Notes under the pieces: generated by a model
What the model saw: only the letters and a program-made list of their open reading frames with translations
Database searches by the model: none
Told to the model about the DNA's origin: nothing
NCBI GenBank assembly: GCA_032128375.1
Contig: JAQBGU010000179.1
Location: forward strand, 60,511-124,510
Reading direction: 5' to 3'
DNA from: Deltaproteobacteria bacterium
Lineage (GTDB): Bacteria; Myxococcota_A; UBA9160; SMWR01
Length of the DNA: 64,000 nt
In this document: piece after piece, positions 40,295 to 50,154 of the stretch
Layout of the letters: each line of letters begins with the position of its first letter
Numbering within the stretch: the first letter of the stretch is position 1
Made by a program: the position numbers and the translations under genes

Positions 40295-41503
40295 TCAGTC
40301 TCCCAGGTAGCCGGGCTGCTGGGAAATGCTCGTGTGCGTCTTCTGGCGGACGGCGTTGATACGCCCGCGTTGGATCTCGGCCGCTTCGGGATTCATGGCG
40401 CGCTGACCGAATCCCGTGTAGAGAACCTTGCGCCCCTGAGTAACCGGCGGTTGGCTCATGTGCTGCGTACAGCTGAGGTGCACCGTCACATCACCGGTTT
40501 GGGTTGGCAGATCGATGGGCTCGAGGTCCAACCCAGGCTGCATGCACGGGGCCGGCCACACCAGCGCTCGGTGGGTACCGGGGACGACGCGCAACTGGCC
40601 CGAGTCGGCGTCTGCACCACTGACTGAGATGCCCACTGTGAGTGAGCAGCACTCATAGGAATGACGGCCCAGGCTGCAGTCTTTGTGCCAGGGGACGTCG
40701 GAAATGCCCTTCACTACACCGATCGGCTTGATCAATGCGCCCACCCGCGACCCCGGTGCCCGGCGCGACTCGTGGCCGATTCCCGGGATGCGGCCGATTC
40801 GCTGGAAGCGATCGGTGTCGATCAGTTCCACTGTGGTCTTAGAGTATCGGTCGAAGCCCTCCATCCGGACCAGGTGCTCCACGCCATCTTTGGTGGTCGC
40901 GAACCAAGCTCGGTTGTCACCCTTTTCAAAATGCGGTGCCGCTACCGCATAGTCGGCTTCGACGGCGGCCATCTCTTCCTCGCTGAACAGACCCTGGATG
41001 TGCAGGTATCCGGCCTGCTCGAGAAAAGCGCGCATCTCGTCATCGGAATCGTCCGGCCTGAAGCTCCGACTTGTGCTCGTGTCGAACGTCACGTTTCCGC
41101 GTGCGTGGATGGGGCGCGCTTCGAGTGCCGAGCGCAGAACCAGCCACCAGTTCAAAAAATCGGGCAAGCCGCCTTCCGGCATGTCGAGCAACCGGTTGCT
41201 CATCAGGGCGATGGGCGTGGTCTGGTCGAAAACGATGTCGCTCAACTGGTCGTGGGTCAGTCGCACACGGGCGGCGCCAATAGCGTGACCCGCCTCTACC
41301 GATACGCGGTCGCCGTGCCACGCGAGTGTCCAAGGCTCGCCACTTGTCTCGATACAAAATTCTGCGAGCGGAAGTTCGCTCGCTCCCGGCTCAATCAGCG
41401 CGTGGTGGCTGTCGAGAAGCGACGGCAGGGTCTCGTGGAAGAACACGCCGGCTTCCACCGGCGGCATTTCACAATCGACTTGGGTTCGCAGATCTACTGA
41501 CAT
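40295..41503 (-). CDS. Phytanoyl-CoA dioxygenase (2OG-Fe(II)) family protein with SCP2-like N-terminal domain
   Basis: GYL.I.GLF, WHKD, GQLRVVPGTH, GDVTVH...TQH. Confidence 0.8.
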   Translation of the reverse strand: MSVDLRTQVDCEMPPVEAGVFFHETLPSLLDSHHALIEPGASELPLAEFCIETSGEPWTLAWHGDRVSVEAGHAIGAARVRLTHDQLSDIVFDQTTPIALMSNRLLDMPEGGLPDFLNWWLVLRSALEARPIHARGNVTFDTSTSRSFRPDDSDDEMRAFLEQAGYLHIQGLFSEEEMAAVEADYAVAAPHFEKGDNRAWFATTKDGVEHLVRMEGFDRYSKTTVELIDTDRFQRIGRIPGIGHESRRAPGSRVGALIKPIGVVKGISDVPWHKDCSLGRHSYECCSLTVGISVSGADADSGQLRVVPGTHRALVWPAPCMQPGLDLEPIDLPTQTGDVTVHLSCTQHMSQPPVTQGRKVLYTGFGQRAMNPEAAEIQRGRINAVRQKTHTSISQQPGYLGD

Positions 41504-41583
41504 GGAATCTCTCCCGCCACTGTTTCAGTGTGGGAACGCCCCAATATAGCAAGAAGCCTCCGACAGCGGTCTTACCGGTGGAG

Positions 41584-43407
41584 TCACTTGCTGAACTCGA
41601 GACCGTCGAAACTTCCCTCGGCTCGCCAGTTTTCCAGGATCTCGAAGAACTTGATCGATCCGCCGCCATAGGGCGCGGCTTGCTTGGCTCCCGGGCTCGG
41701 CTTGCCTTCGTTGTTGTAGTAGCCAGGCGTGCAACCGGGCCCACCGATCATCATTCCGGTGCCGTTTTGGAGAATGGTCTGCACCCAGGCGGCCTCGGCC
41801 GCCTCCGATGCCTCGATGGTCTGGAAGTCGTTTTCAAGAGCATGGCTGATGATGTGAGAAATATGCACAGCCACTTCGTCGAGCAAGTGCGGGTAGTTGG
41901 CCGTAAACCCACCCTGGCTCACGCTCATGATGAAACAATTCGGGAAGCCATGGCTCTGCATGCCGTGCAACGTCGCAAAGCCACCCTCCCATTTTTCGGT
42001 GAGACTCCGACCCCCACGACCGATGATCTCGTAGCCGGCCCGACGCGCATATCCGGTGCCGACCTCGAAGCCAGTCGCAAAGATGATGCAGTCGACCTCA
42101 TACTCCCGGCCATTCACGACCAGCCCATTCTCGGTGATCCGATCGACGCCCTGACCGTCGGTGTCCACCAGCGTGACGCTGTCTCGATTGAAGGTCGGCA
42201 GGTAGTCATCGTGGAAACACGGTCGCTTGCAGAACATCTGGTAGTAGGGCTTGAGCGCCTCGCCGGCGTTCGGATCGTCGACCAACTCGTCGACCCGCGC
42301 CCGGATCTCGTTCATCTTCTCGAAGTTGGCGAGCTCCATGATGTCGGCGATGCTGTGTCCGGATTCGTCATTGGCGGCGCCCTTCTTGAACATGTCGACC
42401 ATCTTGCCGATCAGATCGGTCCACCCGTCATCGACCAGATCCACTTCCTGGGGCACGCCCGACACCAGCGCGTTGAAGTTTTCCATCCGATGCTTGTGCC
42501 AGCCGGGCTCGAGTGACGCGGCCCATTCCGGATCGGTGGGCGCATTGCCACGTACGTCGATCGATGACGGTGTGCGCTGGAATACGAACAGTTCCTTCGC
42601 TGTCTCTCCGACGTGGGGCACGCACTGCACCGCCGTGGCGCCGGTTCCGATGATCGCGACGCGCTTGTCGCGCAGCCGGTCGAGGCCTCCGTCAGGGCCG
42701 CCGCCCGTATACCCGTAGTCCCAGCGACTGGTGTGGAACGTATGACCCCGAAAGTCGTTGATGCCGGGGATGCCGGGCAGCTTCGGGCGATTCAGTGGCC
42801 CGTTGGCCATCGCGACGAAGCGCGCTCGAATCTGGTCGCCGCGGTTGGTCGAAACGATCCAGCGAGAGCTCTTGTCGTCCCAACGCATTTCGGTGACTTC
42901 GGTCTGAAACAACGCCCGGTCGTAGAGGTCGTAGTGGCGCCCGATTGCCTGGCTATAGGCCAGTATCTCAGATGCGTGAGCGTATTTCTCGGTAGGGATG
43001 TAATCGAGTTCTTCGAGGAGCGGCAGGTACACATACGACTCCACATCGCACTGGGCACCCGGATACCGGTTCCAGTACCAGGTGCCGCCGAAGTCGCCCC
43101 CCTTCTCGATCACGCAGATGTCCTCGACGCCGGCCTCACGCAGTCGGGCAGCAGCTTGCAGTCCGCCAAACCCACCACCGATCAGGACGACGGAGACTTC
43201 GTCAGTCGACGGCTCTCTTTTGTACCCAGGGTCGACATAGGGGTCGTCGACGTATCGCGCAAAATCGCCAGTGACCTCCACGTACTGGTCATTGCCGTCG
43301 TCGCGGAGGCGTTTCTCTCGCTCGATCCTGTAGCGTTCCCGCATCGCGTCTGGGTCGAAGCCACGCGGGGCGTTGATCGGGTTCAGCTCGCGGTTCGCAG
43401 TCGTCAT
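41584..43407 (-). CDS. Baeyer-Villiger monooxygenase (type I)
   Basis: [31 protein letters not shown] fingerprint, GTGATA. Confidence 0.95.
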   Translation of the reverse strand: MTTANRELNPINAPRGFDPDAMRERYRIEREKRLRDDGNDQYVEVTGDFARYVDDPYVDPGYKREPSTDEVSVVLIGGGFGGLQAAARLREAGVEDICVIEKGGDFGGTWYWNRYPGAQCDVESYVYLPLLEELDYIPTEKYAHASEILAYSQAIGRHYDLYDRALFQTEVTEMRWDDKSSRWIVSTNRGDQIRARFVAMANGPLNRPKLPGIPGINDFRGHTFHTSRWDYGYTGGGPDGGLDRLRDKRVAIIGTGATAVQCVPHVGETAKELFVFQRTPSSIDVRGNAPTDPEWAASLEPGWHKHRMENFNALVSGVPQEVDLVDDGWTDLIGKMVDMFKKGAANDESGHSIADIMELANFEKMNEIRARVDELVDDPNAGEALKPYYQMFCKRPCFHDDYLPTFNRDSVTLVDTDGQGVDRITENGLVVNGREYEVDCIIFATGFEVGTGYARRAGYEIIGRGGRSLTEKWEGGFATLHGMQSHGFPNCFIMSVSQGGFTANYPHLLDEVAVHISHIISHALENDFQTIEASEAAEAAWVQTILQNGTGMMIGGPGCTPGYYNNEGKPSPGAKQAAPYGGGSIKFFEILENWRAEGSFDGLEFSK

Positions 43408-43489
43408 GTCAGTCTCTCTTCGCTGTCACTCGGAGGGAGTGGGGTTGAAAGGGGGCACCGCAGCGGGTGACGTTGGTGTGTCAGAGCGA

Positions 43490-44164
43490 TCAGTCGGTTA
43501 CATCCTCTGCCGACCGACTCGTGCCGTGTTGATGTCCGAGCCCGTCGCGCGCCAGCGCCATATAGGCATCCACCACCACTTCGTCTCCGGGATAGCGGTG
43601 CCCTTCGACGCTTTCCATCATCTGGTCGAGGAAATGCCGCGCGCCCAACAAAAAGTGCGCCTGAGTTGAAATCTCGGCGTCGTCCATTGGGCGAAGGGTT
43701 CCGCGTGCGATGGCGGCTTTGAAGCGCACCACGTAGCGCTCCACCCAACCTGCAACCGCGCGACGGTACAGCTCTGGGTCGTGGAGTTTGACTTCGTCCG
43801 CAAGCCGGACGTAAGCCGGGTTCTCTCGCAGGTACGCGAGATAGACGAACAGGCCGGCCCGCTCGCGGGAGAAAAAATCGGCGCCTTCATCTGGGTGGGC
43901 AACATGCAGACGTGACAGAAGATCCGAGACGAGCGTGACCATCAACTCGCGCAACAGTTCGCGCCGCGAGCCGAAGTGGTAGTGGAGGTTGCCGACGGCG
44001 ACGCCAGCGCGCGCGGCGATCCGCGCGACGGAGGTCTTGTGGAATCCGGACTCGCTGGCCTCGGCCAACGCGGCTGCCAGGATCCTGGCGCGCGTGTCGC
44101 GGGATCTCGCGTAGCTGTTCCGCCTGAGCGGGGGAGTTCCCGGCAGTGGGGCGTTTTCGGCCAT
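43490..44164 (-). CDS. TetR/AcrR family transcriptional regulator
   Basis: TRARILAAA...GF..TSV..IA.RAGVAVGNLHYHF. Confidence 0.92.
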   Translation of the reverse strand: MAENAPLPGTPPLRRNSYARSRDTRARILAAALAEASESGFHKTSVARIAARAGVAVGNLHYHFGSRRELLRELMVTLVSDLLSRLHVAHPDEGADFFSRERAGLFVYLAYLRENPAYVRLADEVKLHDPELYRRAVAGWVERYVVRFKAAIARGTLRPMDDAEISTQAHFLLGARHFLDQMMESVEGHRYPGDEVVVDAYMALARDGLGHQHGTSRSAEDVTD

Positions 44165-44172
44165 AACTGAAT

Positions 44173-44190
44173 ACTGAACCAATTTTCAGT
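44173..44190. promoter_or_regulatory. Candidate TetR operator ACTGAA-N6-TTCAGT
   Basis: Perfect 6-bp-arm inverted repeat just upstream of the tetR ATG (44164), with an extra ACTGAA at 44166. Confidence 0.55.
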
Positions 44191-44265
44191 CATGAGCAAT
44201 ACCCCTAAATTCTCAACGGGCTCGGCGGGCCCTCTGGATGCTCGCATGAACGTCACAGAACGCCA

Positions 44266-44859
44266 CTAGCGAGCCACCAGACGCGTCGCGTAAGCGATCG
44301 TCCCCGCTGTAAGTGCGTGTCGGCGTTGGAAGTTCTCTCGCGCGTCGGTCGCCGGTTGGCGTGACGTCTGCCACGATTCGAGTCCGTCGTACCAGGTCAC
44401 GAGCAGCATCACGCCACGTTCGTCGCGACGATCCGCCTGGCAGAACAGTCCCAGCGGCTCGGACGCGTAGGCGTCGGTGTCTTCGAACGAGACCCAAGCC
44501 TGCTTCGAGAGTGAAGCGATCTGCTCCACATCGGCGTTTCGCACATCGAAAAACCGGAACACGTACAAGCCATCACGAGTGAGAGGAGCGAACGCATTCG
44601 GACGCACTGTGGGAACCAGCACGTGCTGCTCGACCACTTCGAAGCCAGCCTCAGCCAAGTAATAGCGGGGAGCTGGTGCGTCACAGTGCAGGACGAAAAT
44701 CAGCTCATTGGACCCGATGCCAAACAAGCCGAAGAACGCGCCCCACAGCTGGACACCGATGGGTGTTTCGGTTGCATCGAATCGCGAATAGGCGTTCGAC
44801 CAATCGCGCTCGTCTGCGCGAGCTCTGAGCCAGTGATAGTTCATCGCTCCCGCCATCAT
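44266..44859 (-). CDS. Hypothetical protein (NIPSNAP/dimeric alpha-beta-barrel-like)
   Basis: Start overlaps the SDR stop; LLVTWYD.L.SW..SR motif. Confidence 0.6.
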   Translation of the reverse strand: MMAGAMNYHWLRARADERDWSNAYSRFDATETPIGVQLWGAFFGLFGIGSNELIFVLHCDAPAPRYYLAEAGFEVVEQHVLVPTVRPNAFAPLTRDGLYVFRFFDVRNADVEQIASLSKQAWVSFEDTDAYASEPLGLFCQADRRDERGVMLLVTWYDGLESWQTSRQPATDARENFQRRHALTAGTIAYATRLVAR

Positions 44860-45794
44860 CCAAGCCTTTCAGGCTCGCTACCCCCCAACCCACCGTCCTG
44901 ATCCTTGCCGTTCATTCCCGCGTTCAACCGCGCATCCGCGACCAGCTTGCGAACGATCGGTCCCATGACGGTTGGATCCTGGACCGGCTCGACGGAGGGT
45001 CCGCGGTGCCAGCCCTCGGCGATGGCGAGCACTCTACCCGAGGCCTCGAACACGCGTCCCGTCACGTCGCTGGAGTCGCGGCTGGCGAGCCAGGTGACGA
45101 TCGGTGCGATCCAGCGCGGGCTTTGATTTTCACGCATCTCGTCGGTGATCTCGCCGGGCTGCAGGTCTTCGGTCAGTCGCGTCAGCGCCCCGGGCGCGAT
45201 GCAGTTCACGGTCACGCCGTAACGGCCGAGTTCGCGCGAAGCGATGATGCTGAAGGCCGCGATCCCCGCCTTGGCGGCGCCGTAGTTGGTCTGTCCAGCG
45301 TTGCCGTAGATGCCCGACACAGACGTCGTATTGATGAGCCGCGCGTCGACGGCTTGACCGGCTTTGCTCTGCTCTCTCCAATAACTGGCCGCGTGGTGGG
45401 CCGGCGCAAACGTGCCCTTGAGATGGACGTTGATGACGGCGTCCCACTCGCTTTCCGCCATATTGACGAGCATGCGATCGCGCAGGATGCCGGCGTTGTT
45501 GACCAACGCGTCGAGGCGACCGTACGTGTCGATCGCCTGGCGGATCATCCCGCGAGCAGAATCGAAGTCGGCCACATTCGCGCCGTTCGCGATGGCCTCA
45601 CCGCCGTTGCCGCGAATCTCGGCGACGACTTCGTCTGCGGGGCCCGAGTCCTCCCCCTCGCCGTCACGTGCGCCACCGAGATCGTTGACCACGACCTTGG
45701 CGCCGTGCTCGGCCAGCATCAGTGCGTACTCCCGACCGATTCCCCGGCCGGCTCCAGTGACGATGACAACGCGATCCTCACAAAACGTACTCAT
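44856..45794 (-). CDS. SDR oxidoreductase (hydroxyacyl-CoA/steroid dehydrogenase-like)
   Basis: TGAGRGIG, VVVNDLG, NNAGILRD, YGAAK. Confidence 0.93.
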   Translation of the reverse strand: MSTFCEDRVVIVTGAGRGIGREYALMLAEHGAKVVVNDLGGARDGEGEDSGPADEVVAEIRGNGGEAIANGANVADFDSARGMIRQAIDTYGRLDALVNNAGILRDRMLVNMAESEWDAVINVHLKGTFAPAHHAASYWREQSKAGQAVDARLINTTSVSGIYGNAGQTNYGAAKAGIAAFSIIASRELGRYGVTVNCIAPGALTRLTEDLQPGEITDEMRENQSPRWIAPIVTWLASRDSSDVTGRVFEASGRVLAIAEGWHRGPSVEPVQDPTVMGPIVRKLVADARLNAGMNGKDQDGGLGGSEPERLG

Positions 45795-45981
45795 GTCTTT
45801 CTCCCGTTCTCGGTATGTAATATTCTCAAAAGAGGTGATGTGTTCACGGGTGCCGATTGTTCGAATCCTTCGTCAGGCGTTCTTCCATTCGATTGGAACA
45901 GCACCCTGGCAAATTTCAGGCGATATGGATGCTCGCGCGAACTGCGCAGGATCGCCACCTTTGTGACGAAGAGGTACCCGC

Positions 45982-46368
45982 ATGTCCTCGATCAGAGAAG
46001 TGGCTCCGCAGTTTCTGGTGACTGAGCTCAGCGATGCGCTCTCCTTCTATCAAGGGCAACTCGGATTCGCGATCGATTTCGTGTACGACGACTACTACGC
46101 CAGCGTGTCGCGTGACGGTGCCAGGATCCACCTGAAGTGTGCTCCCAAAATCGAAGCGGAGCGGGTGCATCGCAAGTCGGGGGAACACCTGGACGCATAC
46201 CTGGATGTCGTCGGTGTGAGAGAGCTTCACGACGAGTTCGCCGGTCGCGGTGTCGCGATTTTCAGGCCGCCAGATCGTACGCCCTGGGGACGGCTGGAAT
46301 TCTATCTCGAGGACCTGGACGGCTATATCCTGTGTTTTTCGGAGGCGATCCAGCAGCCTGTGCGGTAG
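45982..46368 (+). CDS. VOC/glyoxalase/bleomycin-resistance family protein
   Basis: FY...LGF, PWG..EF..ED.DG..L.F. Confidence 0.88.
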   Translation: MSSIREVAPQFLVTELSDALSFYQGQLGFAIDFVYDDYYASVSRDGARIHLKCAPKIEAERVHRKSGEHLDAYLDVVGVRELHDEFAGRGVAIFRPPDRTPWGRLEFYLEDLDGYILCFSEAIQQPVR

Positions 46369-46384
46369 AGCGCCAGCCCGCGCG

Positions 46385-46573
46385 TCAGCGGCGTATCACA
46401 GTGGCGGCAACACCCGGAGGTGGCATACCGCAGATCTCGCCAACGTCCCTCCCGACTTTGTCTTCGCTGTGCACCCAGCATCCGACGAGCTCGAGTTCCG
46501 GGTGAGAAACAATGCCCTCGATCGATGCGCGCCCCACACCGCCAGTCGCCCATTGGATCACGCGATAGGTCAT
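46385..46573 (-). pseudogene. Truncated N-terminus of a DapB-like / diaminopentanoate-dehydrogenase-like NAD(P) oxidoreductase
   Basis: MTYRVIQWATGGVG...HPELELVG.WVHS..KVGRD.GE; stops after 62 aa. Confidence 0.8.
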
Positions 46574-46651
46574 TCTTCTCTCACCTCTCTTGATCTTTTC
46601 TTCTCTTCTATTCTCTTCTTTTCTTCTTCTCTTCTTCTTCTTTTCTTCTTC
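46574..46651. repeat. Polypyrimidine/polypurine low-complexity tract ((TTC)n-like)
   Basis: 46594-46651 contains a single purine on the + strand. Confidence 0.9.
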
Positions 46652-46714
46652 AGATCTTCGAAATCAAGATTGTGCCCGCGGCCATTTCACACCTGTCAGT
46701 TGCGCTCCATTGGC

Positions 46715-47509
46715 CTAGATGTCCGCCAGCGGCATTTCAACCTGGATCCCGGTGAGTCCACCATTGACCCCATAGATCTCGCCTGTGACATAACTCGCCG
46801 CAGGTGAGGCCAGGTAGAGCGCGCAGGCGGAGATATCCTCGACCCGGCCCAGCCGGCCCATGGGGGTCTTGGCGAGCATTTGGCGCTCGAGATCGTCATT
46901 CATGAAATTGGACAACGCTTCGGTCAGAATCGACCCGACAGCGATGCCATTGACCCGAACCTTGGGCGCGAAGTCCTGGGCGAGAGTGCGAGTCAGAAAA
47001 GACAGTGCGGACTTGGCGGTTCCGTAGGCGGCGAAGCCTCTCGCGTTGAAACGTCCGGCCACAGAAGAGATATTGACGATCGCACCGCAGCCGGCCGTCT
47101 TCACCATCTGGGGTACCGCCAACCGGGTCATCGCGAAAGCCGTGGTGACGTTGAAGCGGAAGCAGGACTCGAACTCCTTTTCGGTCGTGTCGAGAGTGGC
47201 CTTGGGTGGCCATCCGCCGGCGTTGTTGACCAGGATGTCGAGGCGACCGAATTCGTCGATTGTCTTTGCGACGAGCTGTTCGCGTTGCTCGGCGTCGAGC
47301 ACATCGCACGGGACGATCAACGCGCGCCGGCCGCGAGCTCGCACCTGCTCCGCGGTCTGCTCGAGCTGTGCGACCGTGCGCGCGGAAATCACAACGTCGG
47401 CCCCTGCATCGGCGTAGGCGAGGGCTGTGGCGGCACCGATCCCGCGGCCGGAGCCGGTCACGATTGCCACTTGGCCATCGAGGCGAAAGAGATCCAGGAT
47501 GTTGTCCAT
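46715..47509 (-). CDS. SDR oxidoreductase (7-alpha-HSDH-like)
   Basis: TGSGRGIG, NNAGG, NISS, YGTAK. Confidence 0.92.
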   Translation of the reverse strand: MDNILDLFRLDGQVAIVTGSGRGIGAATALAYADAGADVVISARTVAQLEQTAEQVRARGRRALIVPCDVLDAEQREQLVAKTIDEFGRLDILVNNAGGWPPKATLDTTEKEFESCFRFNVTTAFAMTRLAVPQMVKTAGCGAIVNISSVAGRFNARGFAAYGTAKSALSFLTRTLAQDFAPKVRVNGIAVGSILTEALSNFMNDDLERQMLAKTPMGRLGRVEDISACALYLASPAASYVTGEIYGVNGGLTGIQVEMPLADI

Positions 47510-47690
47510 TGTGGGGCTCCTTGGGTCGCAGCTGTTCGGGGTGGGATGCAACGAGCGAAGAGCATACTCCAATCACTTGATCGGCATCGCGAGATGGGGT
47601 CGCAGCGGATCTGAATCGTTCTGCGCCAAGCGGGGGATTCCGTCGTCTAGGCCGTGATATCCTCGCGCGGATCTTGGGGGGGAGGCGTTG

Positions 47691-48821
47691 ATGCAGATTC
47701 TGCGCCAGGTCGGCGGTGCGATCGTCCGAGTGGCGGTGCTGTTTGCCGGGGTGCTGTTGGCATCGGCGTTAGCCGAAGACGCCTATCTGTTCGTCAAGGG
47801 GATGCTCCCGGTCGAGCCGAGCAGCCGCGCCGCGTTGCCGAACTATCCCGACAAGGAGCAAGCGCGGCAGATGTTTCTCGATTTCAAGCAGATGCAGGAG
47901 GACTACGTCCCGTTCCTGGGCTGGAAGCGACGTACTTTGACTACCCGCAACGTGAACATCGACGAGAACGGCTGGCGGATCCACCGTGTTGGGAGCGAGA
48001 ACAACGCCTCGGACGCGCTTCGGATCGGGTTCTTCGGTGGCTCGACGATGATCGGTAAGGGTACGGCCGATGACGACACGATCCCCGCCATCTTTGACCA
48101 ACTCACGACCGATTTCGCTGTGACCAACTATGCACAGGGAGGGCACACTGCGCGGCAAAACCTGGCGCAGCTGGTGAACCTGATCGACACCGGCGAAATG
48201 CCGGACGTCGTGGTGTTCTACAGTGGCTACAACCACATATGGGCGCACTGCAACTACGCGGTAACGCATCGACTCAACGGCCACATGGCGGAACGCAAGC
48301 TCCAGCGGGCGCTACAGGACCACCCTGCGGGTGGCTATACGCTCAACGAGATCGTACGACCGCTCGTGGCGAGAATTCGGCGTGTCCTCGGAGAGGAACG
48401 ATTCACCCGGGACGAGTTCGTCTGCGACATCGATCCCGAGCGCGCGGAGCAGGTGGCCGATTCGCTGGTGAGAATCTGGCAGGTCGCGGCCATGCTCGTC
48501 GACGGCTTCGGGGGCCGCTTCTACGCATTCTTGCAGCCGATCGCACACATCGGGTCACCGCGCTTCGATCACCTGGAGGTCAAGTACGTAGAGGGGGGGG
48601 CACAGTTCCGTGTGGTCTATCCGCTTGTGCAGGCGAAGCTCGTGGCGCTGGGCCCGCCCTGGTTCGAGGACCTCTCCGATGCCTTCGATCGCGACGAGTA
48701 CCTGTACATCGATGACGCACACGTGTCGCGAGAGGGAAACTCGATTATTGCTCACCGTATGCTCGAGCGAATCACAGCGACGGGACGCACCGCTCGAAAC
48801 CTGCGGGGCGCGGAGCGATAA
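47691..48821 (+). CDS. Membrane-anchored SGNH/GDSL-like protein
   Basis: N-terminal TM; FFGGST, Y.G.N, YIDDAH...GN. Confidence 0.8.
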   Translation: MQILRQVGGAIVRVAVLFAGVLLASALAEDAYLFVKGMLPVEPSSRAALPNYPDKEQARQMFLDFKQMQEDYVPFLGWKRRTLTTRNVNIDENGWRIHRVGSENNASDALRIGFFGGSTMIGKGTADDDTIPAIFDQLTTDFAVTNYAQGGHTARQNLAQLVNLIDTGEMPDVVVFYSGYNHIWAHCNYAVTHRLNGHMAERKLQRALQDHPAGGYTLNEIVRPLVARIRRVLGEERFTRDEFVCDIDPERAEQVADSLVRIWQVAAMLVDGFGGRFYAFLQPIAHIGSPRFDHLEVKYVEGGAQFRVVYPLVQAKLVALGPPWFEDLSDAFDRDEYLYIDDAHVSREGNSIIAHRMLERITATGRTARNLRGAER

Positions 48822-49844
48822 ATGGACGCGGAGACCGGCAAGTTCTACGCCGACCACCTCGAATTGCTGTGCTGCCCGCACTGCAGTGCAGATTTGTCGA
48901 TCGAAGGCGCGAGACTGCGATGCGAGGGCTGCGCCACGGCGTTCGACGCTGAGGAAAACATCCCGCGGCTGTTTTCCCCGAACGACTGGGAGCCTACACA
49001 GTCTGACGTAACGGAGGTCGTACAGGCGTTCTACGAGGAAACTCCGTTTCCCAACTACGACGATTTCGACAGCGTGAGCAGTCTCATGGACAAGGCCAGG
49101 CGCGGTCTGTTCGCTCAGCTTCTCGACAACCAGATCCCACCAGGCTGCCGAGTGATCGAGTGCGGCTGCGGAACCGGGCAGCTGACCAATTTCCTGTCTG
49201 TGGGCAACCGCACGCTCTTCGGTACAGATGTGTGCTTGAATTCGCTGCGACTCGCGCAGGAGTTCAAGGAGCGCAACTCGCTGACCCGGGCGCACTTCCT
49301 GCAGATGAATCTGTTTCGGCCGGTCTTCAAGCCCGGTGTGTTCGACGTCGTGATTTCAAACGGCGTGCTTCACCACACCACCGATCCGTTGCTTGGCTTC
49401 GAGACGATCTCGAAGCTGGCGCGGCCCGGCGGCTACGTGCTGGTCGGGCTCTACCACCGCTATGGTCGGCTGATCACCGATATCCGTCGGGTGCTGTTGC
49501 GGCTTTCGGCGGACCGGCTGGCGTTTCTCGATCCGAACCTGCGCTCGACACATTTGGCCGCTGCGAAGAAGCGCGCGTGGCTGATGGATCAGTACAAGCA
49601 CCCACACGAATCGAAGCACACGATCGGGGAGGTGTTGAAAAAGTGGCTGCCGGCGGCGGGGCTCGAGTTCGTCAAGAGCATCCCGCGCACGATCCCCGCC
49701 GTCCCGATTGGGGCTGGCGATCAGCTCTTCACAGCCGAGAAGCCCGGCAACTGGCTCGAGCGGACCCTCGTCGAAACCGGGATGTTCTTCTCCGGCAGCG
49801 AAGAGGGAGGCTTCTTCATCGTGATCGCGCGAAAGCCCCAATAG
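48822..49844 (+). CDS. Class I SAM methyltransferase with N-terminal Trm112-like Zn ribbon
   Basis: CPHC...CEGC; FYEETPFPNY; ECGCGTG; GVLHHT; DQY.HPHE. Confidence 0.85.
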   Translation: MDAETGKFYADHLELLCCPHCSADLSIEGARLRCEGCATAFDAEENIPRLFSPNDWEPTQSDVTEVVQAFYEETPFPNYDDFDSVSSLMDKARRGLFAQLLDNQIPPGCRVIECGCGTGQLTNFLSVGNRTLFGTDVCLNSLRLAQEFKERNSLTRAHFLQMNLFRPVFKPGVFDVVISNGVLHHTTDPLLGFETISKLARPGGYVLVGLYHRYGRLITDIRRVLLRLSADRLAFLDPNLRSTHLAAAKKRAWLMDQYKHPHESKHTIGEVLKKWLPAAGLEFVKSIPRTIPAVPIGAGDQLFTAEKPGNWLERTLVETGMFFSGSEEGGFFIVIARKPQ

Positions 49845-49974
49845 CGCGACGCGCTCCGGGCTCGCACGACCCGCCGTTGGGCTCGGCGAGTTGCAGTTCG
49901 CCTCCGCGCGGCGGAAGCTTCCACGTCGTCGCGCGACCCAGCTTGGGTCGGGTTCCAAGAGCGTGTTCGTCGGG

Positions 49975-50139
49975 CTAGAAGAGTGTGTAAATGTAGGGTG
50001 TCAGCGCCTCGCTGGTCACCACCAGTAGCGCGATCAATCCCAGCACGATCACCAACGGGACAATCCACGGGTTGTTGGACTCACGCGCAAAGCGGATGAA
50101 TTGGCGCAGCAGACGTCCGCTATGGGCGAGTTTCCGCAT
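49975..50139 (-). CDS. DUF5989/SxtK-like small membrane protein (54 aa; not in the ORF track)
   Basis: Manual translation MRKLAHSGRLLRQFIRFARESNNPWIVPLVIVLGLIALLVVTSEALTPYIYTLF*; GGAG RBS; 15 nt downstream of the carbamoyltransferase stop. Confidence 0.85.
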   Translation of the reverse strand: MRKLAHSGRLLRQFIRFARESNNPWIVPLVIVLGLIALLVVTSEALTPYIYTLF

Positions 50140-50154
50140 TGGGGCTCCGTCGGT

